Below are positions 8,978 through 18,162 of a stretch of DNA of 63,061 bases, piece after piece (positions within the stretch are counted from its first letter, which is position 1; the number at the start of each line of letters is the position of its first letter). Source of the stretch: an uncultured Candidatus Saccharibacteria bacterium (GTDB lineage Bacteria; Patescibacteriota; Minisyncoccia; Minisyncoccales; JAGGXC01). Under the pieces are notes generated by a model. It saw only the letters and a list, made by a program, of their open reading frames with translations, had not been told where the DNA came from and ran no database searches. The position numbers and the translations under genes are program-made. Location: positions 1 to 63,061 of the forward strand of contig CAYUNN010000007.1 of assembly GCA_964445905.1 (NCBI GenBank), in the 5' to 3' direction.

Positions 8978-9934
8978 TTAAAATCGAAGAAAGAATAATT
9001 CTATTATAACAAAGAGGAAATAAAGACTTAAAAGAATTACCGCTTCTTTTAAGCTTATTTTCTTCCCGCTTCTTATGAAAAACAAGAATAAAAAACTAGT
9101 AAAAGCTAAAAACAAGATAAGATAAGATAAGTTCGGAAATGCAGTTATTCTAATCGGAGAAATAATAGCAATAAGGCCTAATCCAAGAGTTGGTAAAAGA
9201 ATAACATCTCCGATAACAGCTCCTAAAACTAACCAATTATTTTTCTTTTTAGCTGCAGTAATAACAAATAAAAGTTCTGGCAAAGATGTTCCTAGCGCAA
9301 CAAAGATAATTCCAAAAGTAGCAATTTCCAAGTTTAAATAATTAGCAAAAAAACTAGATGATTCAACGATAAGGCTACCAGCAACCACTAAAAAAATAAT
9401 GCCAAGTAGTACTTTTCCTATGCTTTTCCAAAAATGAGAAAAAGATATTTTAATCTTTTCCTCTTCCTCGTAAACATGCCCAAAAAGTTTTCTCTTTGAA
9501 AAAAGCCAACCGCTATATAGAAAAAAGAAAGAAAGTAAAACGAATCCGTCTCCCCTACTCAATTCTCCGTCCATTATTAAAAGAAGAGGTAAAAGAGCAG
9601 CAATAACAAGAAGGAAAGAAGATTGCTGAACAACCCTACTATTTGCATAAACGCCCTTGCTTATAACAGCTGCTGTACCAACAATCAGAGTCATTGTTAT
9701 TAATCCATTGCCAATAACATCTCCGAAAAAAAGATTTGGGATGCCCCTTATCGTAGAAAAAATTCCAATTGACAAATTAGGGATAGATGCTCCTATTACT
9801 AATACAAAATAAACAAGAACAAATTCCCTACATTTAAAAATTCTGGCAAAGAAAGTTATGCTGTCTACAACCCAGTGAGCTGCAACGCCCAGCATTAAAA
9901 AAGAGGCTATAAAAATGAAAATAAAATAAATCAT
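8978..9934 (-). CDS. Na+/Ca2+ exchanger (CaCA / YrbG-like) membrane protein
   Basis: Two internal alpha-repeat signatures, GASIPNL and GTSLPELL, in a ~10-TM protein. Confidence 0.65.
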   Translation of the reverse strand: MIYFIFIFIASFLMLGVAAHWVVDSITFFARIFKCREFVLVYFVLVIGASIPNLSIGIFSTIRGIPNLFFGDVIGNGLITMTLIVGTAAVISKGVYANSRVVQQSSFLLVIAALLPLLLIMDGELSRGDGFVLLSFFFLYSGWLFSKRKLFGHVYEEEEKIKISFSHFWKSIGKVLLGIIFLVVAGSLIVESSSFFANYLNLEIATFGIIFVALGTSLPELLFVITAAKKKNNWLVLGAVIGDVILLPTLGLGLIAIISPIRITAFPNLSYLILFLAFTSFLFLFFIRSGKKISLKEAVILLSLYFLFVIIELFFLRF

Positions 9935-9964
9935 TGCTTATAAAAAAATATTTCTTAGAATATA

Positions 9965-11092
9965 TTACTTTAAAAAATAATATAGCTGATAAATAATTCC
10001 TCCGATAAAAATCAAAGCTAGGGGAAGGGTAATAAAAATAACTCTTTCTTTTTTAATTTTTTGATACATTAACAAAATTAATATTCCACCAATCCCAATC
10101 ATTATTGCTCCCACAAATGAAATAACGTCAATAAAATCAAAGCCCATAAAAAATAAAGCTAATGGAATAAAACAGGTTATAAACCAAGCTACATTTTTAC
10201 CGCCTTTTATTTTCAAATCATACCAAAAAACTTTTTTAAGAGTAAGACCGATAACAATAAAAGAAGTAAAAGTAGTTAAAACGCCAAACAACAAGGCCAG
10301 GCTAATTACTCCGTTCCCAAAAAAACTTTTTAATCCGTTAATAGCCTCTTCTGATGTTTCAAGACCACTAATTCCTGTTATTAATAATACAAACGAAAGA
10401 TAGGCAATTATAGGAATAAAAATTGAAAGAGGAATAATTTTTTTTAAAAGATGCCTGTCTTTCCCCAACATTTCTTCTACCTCAGGAATCAAATCCATTC
10501 CTCCTCCCAATAAAGAAAAAAGTACAATCCCATAAGGAAAAAAGAAATTACTTTTCTGTATCGGCGAATAAACATTTACAATTTCAAAAGAAGGCATTCC
10601 TTTTATAAAGATAATAGCCAAAACCAAAAAGAATGTTATTAGCCCAAAAAATTGAACCCTGCATATAACTCCAATTCCAAAATAAATAATTGCCGCACCA
10701 AAAATAAAATAAATTACAGTATATAAAGTTTCTGACCCTCCCAAAAAAGGAGAAAGGATGCTGGTAAGAAATTTTCCCCCTACGATTAGATAAACAAGCA
10801 ACACCCCAAAAACTCCTATGATATAAGAAACAAGAGAAACATAATAACCCATTTTGCCCAAATGAAATCTGGCAAAACCAGGCATTCTTAAAAAATCAGG
10901 TGTTTTTAGAGCAATCTCAGCAAAAAGCAGATACACTATTATTGATATAGCCCCTATTCCTAGAAAATAACCGATAAGCAGCCAAAAACCTGAATGTATA
11001 GATACGTAAGGCAAAGAAAACAAGCCCACCCCAATAATAGTTCCCGAAAGAGTAGATATTGAATAAACAATTTTTTTAGCAGTAGAATTCAT
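9965..11092 (-). CDS. Amino acid permease-like transporter (Aa_trans / aromatic amino acid permease-like)
   Basis: ~11 TM helices. The N-terminal SGTIIGVGLFSLPY is typical of this transporter class. Confidence 0.55.
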   Translation of the reverse strand: MNSTAKKIVYSISTLSGTIIGVGLFSLPYVSIHSGFWLLIGYFLGIGAISIIVYLLFAEIALKTPDFLRMPGFARFHLGKMGYYVSLVSYIIGVFGVLLVYLIVGGKFLTSILSPFLGGSETLYTVIYFIFGAAIIYFGIGVICRVQFFGLITFFLVLAIIFIKGMPSFEIVNVYSPIQKSNFFFPYGIVLFSLLGGGMDLIPEVEEMLGKDRHLLKKIIPLSIFIPIIAYLSFVLLITGISGLETSEEAINGLKSFFGNGVISLALLFGVLTTFTSFIVIGLTLKKVFWYDLKIKGGKNVAWFITCFIPLALFFMGFDFIDVISFVGAIMIGIGGILILLMYQKIKKERVIFITLPLALIFIGGIIYQLYYFLK

Positions 11093-11175
11093 AAATATTT
11101 TTCATCTTAATAACCGAAGAAAGAAATTCTTCCAAAATAAAAAAGACTTTTACAAATCAAAAAATCCGTAAAAAA

Positions 11176-13743
11176 TCAATAAACATAATTTTTAATAATA
11201 AAATACCATTTAGTAATCTCTATAAATACAAACTTGGTCATCCCTAAAACTAATATAATCATCCAACTTCCAATAGTTAACGGCACTGTTTTTAAAAGAA
11301 TTTGAAACGGCGGGAAATAAACAGCACTAATTATTATCACTATACCAAATAAGCACGCCCAGATTAAAAGTTTGTTAGAAAACAAATCTATGTTCCATAT
11401 ATTCTTTTTTAAATTCTTACAGGAAAAAGCGTAAAAAAGAGAGTTAAGGCCAAGCATTGAAAATATCATTGTTCTTATATATAAGATATCATAATTATTA
11501 CTTAACAACCAGAAGAAAATTCCCAAAACAAATAAATCAGTAATTATTCCAATAATAAAAATTATTGTTTTCATTTCTCGATTAAGCAAAGAAATATTAT
11601 ATCCTTGAGGTTTCCTTTTCATTAAATCATCTTCTTTGGGCTCGAAAGACAAAGCAATTCCCGGAGGACCATCGTCAACAAGATTGACCCAAAGAATTTG
11701 AACAGCAGAAATGGGTAAGGGTAATCTAGCTATAATACTTACTCCAATTAGCATTATTTCGGTAAGACAATCGGCAAGCAGATAAACGATAACTTTCCTT
11801 ATATTATCAAGAATAGCCCTCCCTTCTTCAATTGCTGCTACAATAATAGAAAAGCTATCATTTAATAAAATTAGGTCGGAAGCTTCTTTCGCAACCTCGG
11901 TGCCAGAGCCTAAAGCTATTCCTATATCTGCTTTTTTAAGAGCTGGGGCGTCATTTATCCCGTCACCCGTCATGGCTACTACTTCTCCTTTCTCTTGCCA
12001 GGCTTCAATAATCCTCATTTTATGTTTAGGTTCTACTCTAGCATAAATCTGAATTGTTCTTATTCTCTTGCCTAACTCTAAATCTGACATTCTATCAAGC
12101 TCTTTACCTTCTAGTATATTTTTTTCTTTTATTTTGAAGCCAAGCTCCTCAGCCACTGCTTTAGCGGTAAGTTTATGATCCCCAGTAATAATTACCGGTC
12201 TCATTCCTGCTCTTCTGCAAATCTCCATTGCTTTTTTAACATCTTTTCTTACGGGGTCTTCAAGAAGGATAAAGCCAGCGAACTTTAAATTTTGGGCTAT
12301 CCTTTCTATCGGATCCTTTATTTTAGTTTCTTTGTAAGCACTAGCTACAACCCTAAAACCTTTTTGAGTAAAATTCTTTAAATCTTTTTTTAATTTATCT
12401 TTTTGTTTCTTAGTAAGCTTGCAGATATCTAAAACTTTTTCTGGTGCTCCGCAAATATAAAGTATTTTTTTATTATTTTCTTTATAAACTGCTGCTGCAT
12501 ATTTATTGACAGGATTAAAAAGTAACTCTGATAATTTATTTTTTTCAAAGTTTTTATTCTTATCTAGTCCTATCATGTCTATCCCTGCTTCCAATAAAGC
12601 TTTATCAGTCGGCCTTCCTCTGAAAATCCATTTTTTTCTCGGCGCTCCTGGATTCTCTAAAAAAGATTCTGACGTTAAAGCGCCAGCCCTAAGAGCCAAA
12701 TCTTTGTTGCCCAAAACTCTGCTTACTTTCATTTTTCCTTCAGTTAGAGTAGCAGTCTTGTCTGTACAAATAACAGAAGTGCTCCCTAGGGTTTCTGCTG
12801 AAGCTAATTTCCTTACCAATCCCTTTCTTTTCAATATTCTTCTCATCCCCAAAGACAGGATTACAGTCATTGCTATCGGCAATCCCTCTGGAACAGAAGC
12901 TACTGCTATTGCCACTGCGGTGCTGAACATTTCTACAAAGTCTTGGCCTGTTATTAACCCTTGAATTAATATAAAAAGTGAGATTAAAGAAATTAAAACT
13001 CCTATAATTTTTGAAAAATGAGCTAATTTTTTTTGATAAGGAGTTTCTTCTTCTTGAGTTTGCTCTAGCATTTCTGCAACCTTGCCTATTTCAGTTTTCT
13101 GACCGATGTCAATTACTATTATTTTAGCTTTGCCATTTTCTATAACAGTTCCGGCATAAACCATATTATCTCTGTCAGCTAAGGAAACATCTTTGTCCAA
13201 GCTCTTTGGATTTTTATGAGCAACAAGCCATTCACCGGTTAAAGCCATTTCATTAATCTTTAAATCATTTGCTTCAATGACTCTTCCATCAGCAGGAACT
13301 TTATTCCCTGAATTAAGAATAACTATATCCCCCGGAACTAATTCAGAAGAATCGATCATTTTTAATTTACCCTCTCTTAGAACTTCTGCTTCATGATTGA
13401 TAATTTTTCGCAACTCTTTCAACGTCTCTGATGCTTTATTTTCTTGAATAAATCCAACAATAGTGTTAAGAAAAACAGCCATAAAAATAACTATTGCGTC
13501 CGTATTCCTTTCAAATAAAAAAGTTGTGACTCCCGCTATAACTAAAATATAGATTAAAGGACTTTTAAATTGAGCTAAAAAAATTCTAACTTTAGATAAA
13601 GACTTCTTTTTTGGAAGTAAATTAGAGCCAAATTCATTTCGCCTTTTTTTTACCTCTTTCTCGTTGAGCCCTTTAACATGATCGCTTTCCAATATCTTTA
13701 CTGTTTTCTCCCAAGAAATATTATGCCAATTTTTATCCTCCAT
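11176..13743 (-). CDS. P-type cation-transporting ATPase (P2/Ca2+-ATPase-like)
   Basis: LTGEW, PEGLP, phosphorylation motif CTDKTATLT (Ala replaces the usual Gly), TGDHKLTA, MTGDGINDAPALKKADIG. 855 aa. Confidence 0.88.
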   Translation of the reverse strand: MEDKNWHNISWEKTVKILESDHVKGLNEKEVKKRRNEFGSNLLPKKKSLSKVRIFLAQFKSPLIYILVIAGVTTFLFERNTDAIVIFMAVFLNTIVGFIQENKASETLKELRKIINHEAEVLREGKLKMIDSSELVPGDIVILNSGNKVPADGRVIEANDLKINEMALTGEWLVAHKNPKSLDKDVSLADRDNMVYAGTVIENGKAKIIVIDIGQKTEIGKVAEMLEQTQEEETPYQKKLAHFSKIIGVLISLISLFILIQGLITGQDFVEMFSTAVAIAVASVPEGLPIAMTVILSLGMRRILKRKGLVRKLASAETLGSTSVICTDKTATLTEGKMKVSRVLGNKDLALRAGALTSESFLENPGAPRKKWIFRGRPTDKALLEAGIDMIGLDKNKNFEKNKLSELLFNPVNKYAAAVYKENNKKILYICGAPEKVLDICKLTKKQKDKLKKDLKNFTQKGFRVVASAYKETKIKDPIERIAQNLKFAGFILLEDPVRKDVKKAMEICRRAGMRPVIITGDHKLTAKAVAEELGFKIKEKNILEGKELDRMSDLELGKRIRTIQIYARVEPKHKMRIIEAWQEKGEVVAMTGDGINDAPALKKADIGIALGSGTEVAKEASDLILLNDSFSIIVAAIEEGRAILDNIRKVIVYLLADCLTEIMLIGVSIIARLPLPISAVQILWVNLVDDGPPGIALSFEPKEDDLMKRKPQGYNISLLNREMKTIIFIIGIITDLFVLGIFFWLLSNNYDILYIRTMIFSMLGLNSLFYAFSCKNLKKNIWNIDLFSNKLLIWACLFGIVIIISAVYFPPFQILLKTVPLTIGSWMIILVLGMTKFVFIEITKWYFIIKNYVY

Positions 13744-13758
13744 ATTCTCTTATTATAA

Positions 13759-13786
13759 CAAAAAAAGAGGGCGTTTCTACCCTCTT
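13759..13786 (-). terminator. Intrinsic terminator between the acidic mini-ORF and the ATPase start
   Basis: Minus-strand RNA AAGAGGG-UAGAAACG-CCCUCUU followed by a U-run (7 U including the stem end). It ends ~20 nt before the ATPase ATG. Confidence 0.7.
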
Positions 13787-13798
13787 CTTGTTAGTTAG

Positions 13799-13888
13799 TT
13801 ACTCACTGTCGTCGTCTTCTTCTTCTTCTTCGTCATCATCATCGTCATCTTCTTGAAGAAGATAAAGATTAGGTTTTATTGTAAACAT
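13799..13888 (-). CDS. Candidate leader peptide, 29 aa, poly-Asp/Glu (MFTIKPNLYLLQEDDDDDDEEEEEDDDSE)
   Basis: ATG..TAA ORF immediately upstream of the terminator and ATPase gene. A TATAAT-like hexamer lies at 13909-13914 (minus strand). No obvious Shine-Dalgarno. Confidence 0.35.
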   Translation of the reverse strand: MFTIKPNLYLLQEDDDDDDEEEEEDDDSE

Positions 13889-14140
13889 TTTTTTAAAAGT
13901 TTTTTAAAATTATAAGAGAGCTTGGATAGCTCAGCTTTAATCAAAAAAACTCCTTTATTTAAAGAGACAAGTCGACTTTATCTTGCTCTTATTGTCCCTA
14001 TAAAGATATTAAGGGATGTAATTTTTTTGTCAATACGAATTATCAACATTTTAATTTATTAACTTTTTCTTTCGTGAAAACAAGAATCAATCTTGTTAAA
14101 TTAATTAAAATTAGCAGTTTACTGTAAGATTAATAAATTT

Positions 14141-14166
14141 AAAAACCAGAAAACGTTTTCTGGTTT
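14141..14166. terminator. Bidirectional hairpin terminator
   Basis: Perfect palindrome ccagaaaacgttttctgg flanked by aaaa/tttt, just 3' of the GerMN-like gene. Confidence 0.6.
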
Positions 14167-14189
14167 TTTATTAAGAGGAAAATAAAAAT

Positions 14190-14737
14190 CTAGGGTTGGA
14201 ATAAATATTCTGGCTCTATGGAAACTTCACCAACGGTCAAAAATTGCTTTGCTGTCTTTTCAATTTGAACCTTTAATAATCCTACTCTGCAAGAACCGCC
14301 ACTAGTAAATCCAGGAACTTCAGTAAATTCTAAAAATAAAACTCTATCTTTAAGAGCCGTGCTTAAAAGATTGAAGTCGGGATGAGGAAATTCAGTAGAA
14401 AATCCTTTTTCCTTTTCTTCGTCAGTAATCTCCCCCTGGATTAGCAGTCTAATTGTATCTCTTATCGGTCTTGGACTAGCAAGGATTCTTCTTTCGACTG
14501 GAATAACCGCTTCAGGACTGCAAGGATCACCGATTTCTTCTGCCTTGTTTTCATTATAATAATACATATATAATAATAATACATATATACTAACATTGAT
14601 TCTGGCTCAGGAGACTTTTGAGAACTTTCTTCAATCACCATCAAATACTGCCATCCCACTCCAATCCAACAAAAAATAGCAACAATTAAAATAATAAATA
14701 TAGCATATTTTGATTTTATTATTCGTGTAATACTCAT
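14190..14737 (-). pseudogene. Membrane-anchored GerMN-domain protein split into two ORFs by a 17-bp tandem duplication
   Basis: ORF 14462-14737 encodes an N-terminal TM anchor. ORF 14190-14567 encodes a GerMN-like domain (IPVERRI...LLIQGEITDEEKEKGFSTEFP...LEF). Removing one 17-bp copy fuses them in frame. Confidence 0.55.
14556..14589. repeat. Perfect 17-bp tandem duplication (ataataatacatatata x2)
   Basis: 14556-14572 is identical to 14573-14589, read directly from the sequence. Confidence 0.95.
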
Positions 14738-14800
14738 AAAAAATAGTTATGATTAATGTTTATTATTTATTTTAGCATGAAAATAAATAAAAGAAAGTTT

Positions 14801-15241
14801 TCATTGCTTAAGACTTATTGTTATTCTGTCTCCTTCTTTAAGGAGTAAATCATCTGTTATTCCGGCATTTAATTCTAAAACATATTTTGCTTTTTTGTCA
14901 GACAATATTTTATCACAGAAATCACCTTCGCACGGCTGAGCATATTTTTCTATAAAAACTATTTCTCTTTCTTTATTAATCCAAATAATATCCAAAGGAA
15001 ATTCCATATTTTTCATCCAAAAAGAATAATTATCTTCTTCTTTAAAAACAAAAAGCATACCCTTATTTTGATCCAAGCTTTCTCTAAACATTAATCCTAA
15101 GGTTCTTTTTTTATCGTTGCTTACAACTTCGACTTCAAAACATTTCTCTTTTAAACAAACGCTTCCAGTCTTTGGGAAAGAACAAATTGCTATCAAAATA
15201 ATAATTATTACAACAGAGAATAGGACTATTATTTTTTTCAT
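14801..15241 (-). CDS. DUF192 family protein (signal-anchored)
   Basis: LGLMFRESL...GMLFVF...FWMKNMEFPLDIIWI matches the DUF192/COG1430 pattern. Confidence 0.7.
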   Translation of the reverse strand: MKKIIVLFSVVIIIILIAICSFPKTGSVCLKEKCFEVEVVSNDKKRTLGLMFRESLDQNKGMLFVFKEEDNYSFWMKNMEFPLDIIWINKEREIVFIEKYAQPCEGDFCDKILSDKKAKYVLELNAGITDDLLLKEGDRITISLKQ

Positions 15242-15326
15242 AAAGCTAATAAAATTAAGCGGATCTAATTTTCCAAAACCGCTTTTTAATAAAGCGGTTT
15301 TTTATCCATCATTCAATTTAAAAATG

Positions 15327-15399
15327 TGACCCTAAGGGGATTCGAACCCCTGTCACCACTGTGAGAGAGTGGCGTCCTAAGCCACTAGACGATAGGGCC
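15327..15399 (-). tRNA. tRNA-Glu (CUC)
   Basis: 73-nt cloverleaf: acceptor GGCCCTA/TAGGGTC, anticodon stem CCACT/AGTGG with loop CTCTCAC, T arm AGGGG-TTCGAAT-CCCCT. Confidence 0.85.
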
Positions 15400-15447
15400 A
15401 TATTTTTAACTTCTAACATATTTCTAATTAATTGTCTACGTACCTCA

Positions 15448-16050
15448 TTAAAAACCTTTCATTTTTTCAGAAACCCTAATTAAATTCAAATTGAATATTT
15501 TACTTAAAGAAGCAATAACCAGAGCTGAATAAATTTTTCTGTTTTCTGCTTTCCCTTTTAGCCAGAAGGGAATTATATTTCCCTCGTAATTAATCTTAAA
15601 ATTAGTATCATTGTTTATTTTAACATCAGTTATTTGAAAATCAGCCTTATTTGAAAAACCAAAACTGCAAATTTCAGGAAAATTCTTTTCATTAAAATCA
15701 CTGACATTTAAGGCGTCGGCATTAAAAATTAAAAAATCAAAGGGGGGAAGATTATCAATTTTACAATCATAATTATCTCTACCTAATCCAGCAAAGATAA
15801 AAATTGACTGTTGAGAGTTTCTTAATAAAAAATTATAAGATTTAATTTTTTCTAAATCAGAATTAATCAAAATTATTTTATTAAAAATAATGTCAATAAA
15901 ACTTACTTTTTCTTTAATTTTCTTTATTTTAAAATAATCACTTAAAGCCTCGGAAATCATATCTCTAACATAAAACTGGCTGTCTTCTGCTATAACAATA
16001 ACTTTTGGTTTTTTAAAAAAGAGAATTATTTTCTCTAATATTCCTATCAT
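15448..16050 (-). CDS. Mur ligase-like remnant (central-domain-like, no P-loop, no C-terminal domain)
   Basis: Sits in the dcw position after ftsI. The C-terminal part (ICSFGFSNKADFQITDV...FKINYEGNIIPFWLKGKAENRKIYSALVIASL) resembles the MurE/MurF middle domain. The GxxGKT site is replaced by VIVIAEDSQ. Only 200 aa. Confidence 0.4.
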   Translation of the reverse strand: MIGILEKIILFFKKPKVIVIAEDSQFYVRDMISEALSDYFKIKKIKEKVSFIDIIFNKIILINSDLEKIKSYNFLLRNSQQSIFIFAGLGRDNYDCKIDNLPPFDFLIFNADALNVSDFNEKNFPEICSFGFSNKADFQITDVKINNDTNFKINYEGNIIPFWLKGKAENRKIYSALVIASLSKIFNLNLIRVSEKMKGF

Positions 16051-17771
16051 TAACTTTCCTCCTTATAATCAGGAGGTATTTGATAATAATTAATAATATA
16101 CTCGGCTAACTTTCTGAACAAAGGGATAGCTGAATATTCAGCGGTTCTTGTATTTGGATTATCTAGCTTGATCATAATTAAAAACTCAGGGTTAAAAGCA
16201 GGAGCAAAACCGATAAAAGTTTGGATAGTCTTTTCTGAATAACCCGACTTATTAATCTCAAGAGAAGAAAAAGTAACTTGAGCTGTCCCGGTTTTACCCG
16301 CTACATAATAACCAGGAATTTTAGCTTTTTGACTAAAACCATTTTCGATTACACTAATCAACATATCTCTTACTTTTGAAGCAGTCTTTTGAGAAACAAC
16401 TTGACCCTGAACTTCTGTTTTGTTATTAAAAACAACTTCTCCCGAATTAATTATTTGATTTACAAGATAGGGCTTAATTAGCTTTCCTTCATTAGCGATA
16501 GCAGAAAAAGCTCTAACAAGCTGGATGGGAGTCATTTCAATTCCTTGACCGAAAGCAGCCGTAGCGAAATTAACTTCGTAACCCTTTTTAAGCTCCTCGT
16601 TTGTAGAGCGAATTTCTCCTTGGACATCAATTCCTGTCTTCTCAAAGACTCCAAATTTTTCAATGTAATCTAAAAAAACATCACGAGGAAGTTTGTTTCC
16701 CGCGAAAACAGCTCCGGTATTAATCGATTTTTCTAAAACCTCCGTCATTGTACATTCACCGTAAGTCCTTTTTGCATAGTTATAAAGAGTATCGGGGCCA
16801 ATTTTTATAAAACCCTCATCAACGTAAGTGGTTTCAGGAGTTATTTTCCCTTCTTCTATCGCTGCGGCCATAGTCATAACCTTAAACACTGAACCAGGCT
16901 CAAATAATCTTTGAAATATCGGATTTATAAAAGTTTCTAGTCCATAACTAGAATAATTATTCGGATCAAAGCTTACCAAAGAAGCTGCCGCTTTTATTTC
17001 TCCCGTCTTCGGATTTATAACTAATATTTGCCCGTTATCAATTTCGAATATTTCTTTTGCTTCCTGAAGTAACCTCTCTGCTTCATATTGAACGTAGAAG
17101 TCTATAGTCAATATCAAGTCTGATCCCTCACGAACAGGCAAAGAACTTTCCGAATCAAAAAAAATCATAAAGCCATCCGAACTTTTCTCTCCAACGACAA
17201 AACCATCTTCTCCTTTCAGATAATCTTCATAAAAATTTTCCACTCCATACTGACCTTTCTGCTCTCCCCCTAAAAAACCTATTATATGAGAAGCAAAATT
17301 ATCCTCAGGATAATATCTAGTTATCTTACTTCCAATATAAACGGACTCTTTAAAATCAGGGTCTTCTCTTAAACTTTCTATTTCATTAATTTCTTTTTCT
17401 GATATCTCTTTTTTAATAACAGTATAAGACCTGTTCTCCTGACCTGCTTTTTCCAAAATTAAATCCCTCTCTATGTCGAGGGCTTCAGAAAGAAAATTCG
17501 ATGTTCTTTCCTTATCTTTGATTTGATCGGGGGATATGAAAACAAATTTTGAGTCTTTGTTTGTAGCTAAGATATAAAGCTCTCCATTCTTATCTTGAAT
17601 AAAAATATCTCCCCTATTAGAAGAAATAGAATTAGAAAAAATTTGTTGTTTCCTAGCTTCTTTTCTGTAAAAATTAACATTTAAAACTTGAAGATAGGCC
17701 AAGCGACATATAATTATTAATCCAAAAGCAATAATAAATATTAAAACTAATTTAATCCGTCGCTTGCTCAT
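16050..17771 (-). CDS. ftsI: Penicillin-binding protein 2 / FtsI-type transpeptidase
   Basis: N-terminal TM helix, SxxK (GSVFK), SxN-like SIN, KTGTA. Start placed at MSKRRIK (17771) to avoid overlapping ftsL. Confidence 0.85.
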   Translation of the reverse strand: MSKRRIKLVLIFIIAFGLIIICRLAYLQVLNVNFYRKEARKQQIFSNSISSNRGDIFIQDKNGELYILATNKDSKFVFISPDQIKDKERTSNFLSEALDIERDLILEKAGQENRSYTVIKKEISEKEINEIESLREDPDFKESVYIGSKITRYYPEDNFASHIIGFLGGEQKGQYGVENFYEDYLKGEDGFVVGEKSSDGFMIFFDSESSLPVREGSDLILTIDFYVQYEAERLLQEAKEIFEIDNGQILVINPKTGEIKAAASLVSFDPNNYSSYGLETFINPIFQRLFEPGSVFKVMTMAAAIEEGKITPETTYVDEGFIKIGPDTLYNYAKRTYGECTMTEVLEKSINTGAVFAGNKLPRDVFLDYIEKFGVFEKTGIDVQGEIRSTNEELKKGYEVNFATAAFGQGIEMTPIQLVRAFSAIANEGKLIKPYLVNQIINSGEVVFNNKTEVQGQVVSQKTASKVRDMLISVIENGFSQKAKIPGYYVAGKTGTAQVTFSSLEINKSGYSEKTIQTFIGFAPAFNPEFLIMIKLDNPNTRTAEYSAIPLFRKLAEYIINYYQIPPDYKEES

Positions 17772-17790
17772 TGTAAAAAAAATAAAAGTT

Positions 17791-18162
17791 TTATTTAGCT
17801 GCAACCTCGGTACCCATAACACGAATATAATCTACCTGGGTAATCTTTTCGAAATTAAGCTCCTCCAGCGACTCTTCAATATTCTTTAGAGAATTATTTG
17901 TAGAAAATGAAAATTCGAGTTCTTTATTATGTTTAACTAAATAATTAATCTCGTTCTCATGTTCTTTAATAAGAGAAGTTTTTTGAATCATGGTTCCAAC
18001 TTGAAAAATATAAAAAGATAAAAATAAAAATAAAAAGCCAATCATTGTAATCCAAAATATTCTCGAGCTCAAACTGTTTCTTTTAATTGCTTTAACTTTA
18101 GTCATTTTGAAATTCATAAATAAATTTTTTGCAGATATATTTTTAGACATTATTTTTTTCAC
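17791..18162 (-). CDS. ftsL: FtsL-like cell division protein
   Basis: Small bitopic protein (one TM helix plus a coiled coil) between rsmH and ftsI. Confidence 0.55.
   Translation of the reverse strand: MKKIMSKNISAKNLFMNFKMTKVKAIKRNSLSSRIFWITMIGFLFLFLSFYIFQVGTMIQKTSLIKEHENEINYLVKHNKELEFSFSTNNSLKNIEESLEELNFEKITQVDYIRVMGTEVAAK

Noticed and set aside
12506-12964. 152-aa plus-strand ORF (similar cases: 2217-2531, 18540-18959, 31774-32187, 33609-33941, 52436-52909, 54738-55094, 58563-58907)
   Set aside because: These are antisense ORFs fully embedded in well-supported minus-strand genes (ATPase, dnaX, rsmH, gyrB, pheT, mreB, acs, glucokinase). Their Ser/Leu/Phe-rich low-complexity translations are typical of shadow frames in AT-rich DNA.
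8978-13743. CaCA exchanger, amino acid permease and P-type ATPase as a dedicated ion-homeostasis island
   Set aside because: Adjacent transporter genes are unremarkable. No repeats, mobile genes or obvious compositional shift mark the segment, and only the leader ORF in front of the ATPase merits follow-up.
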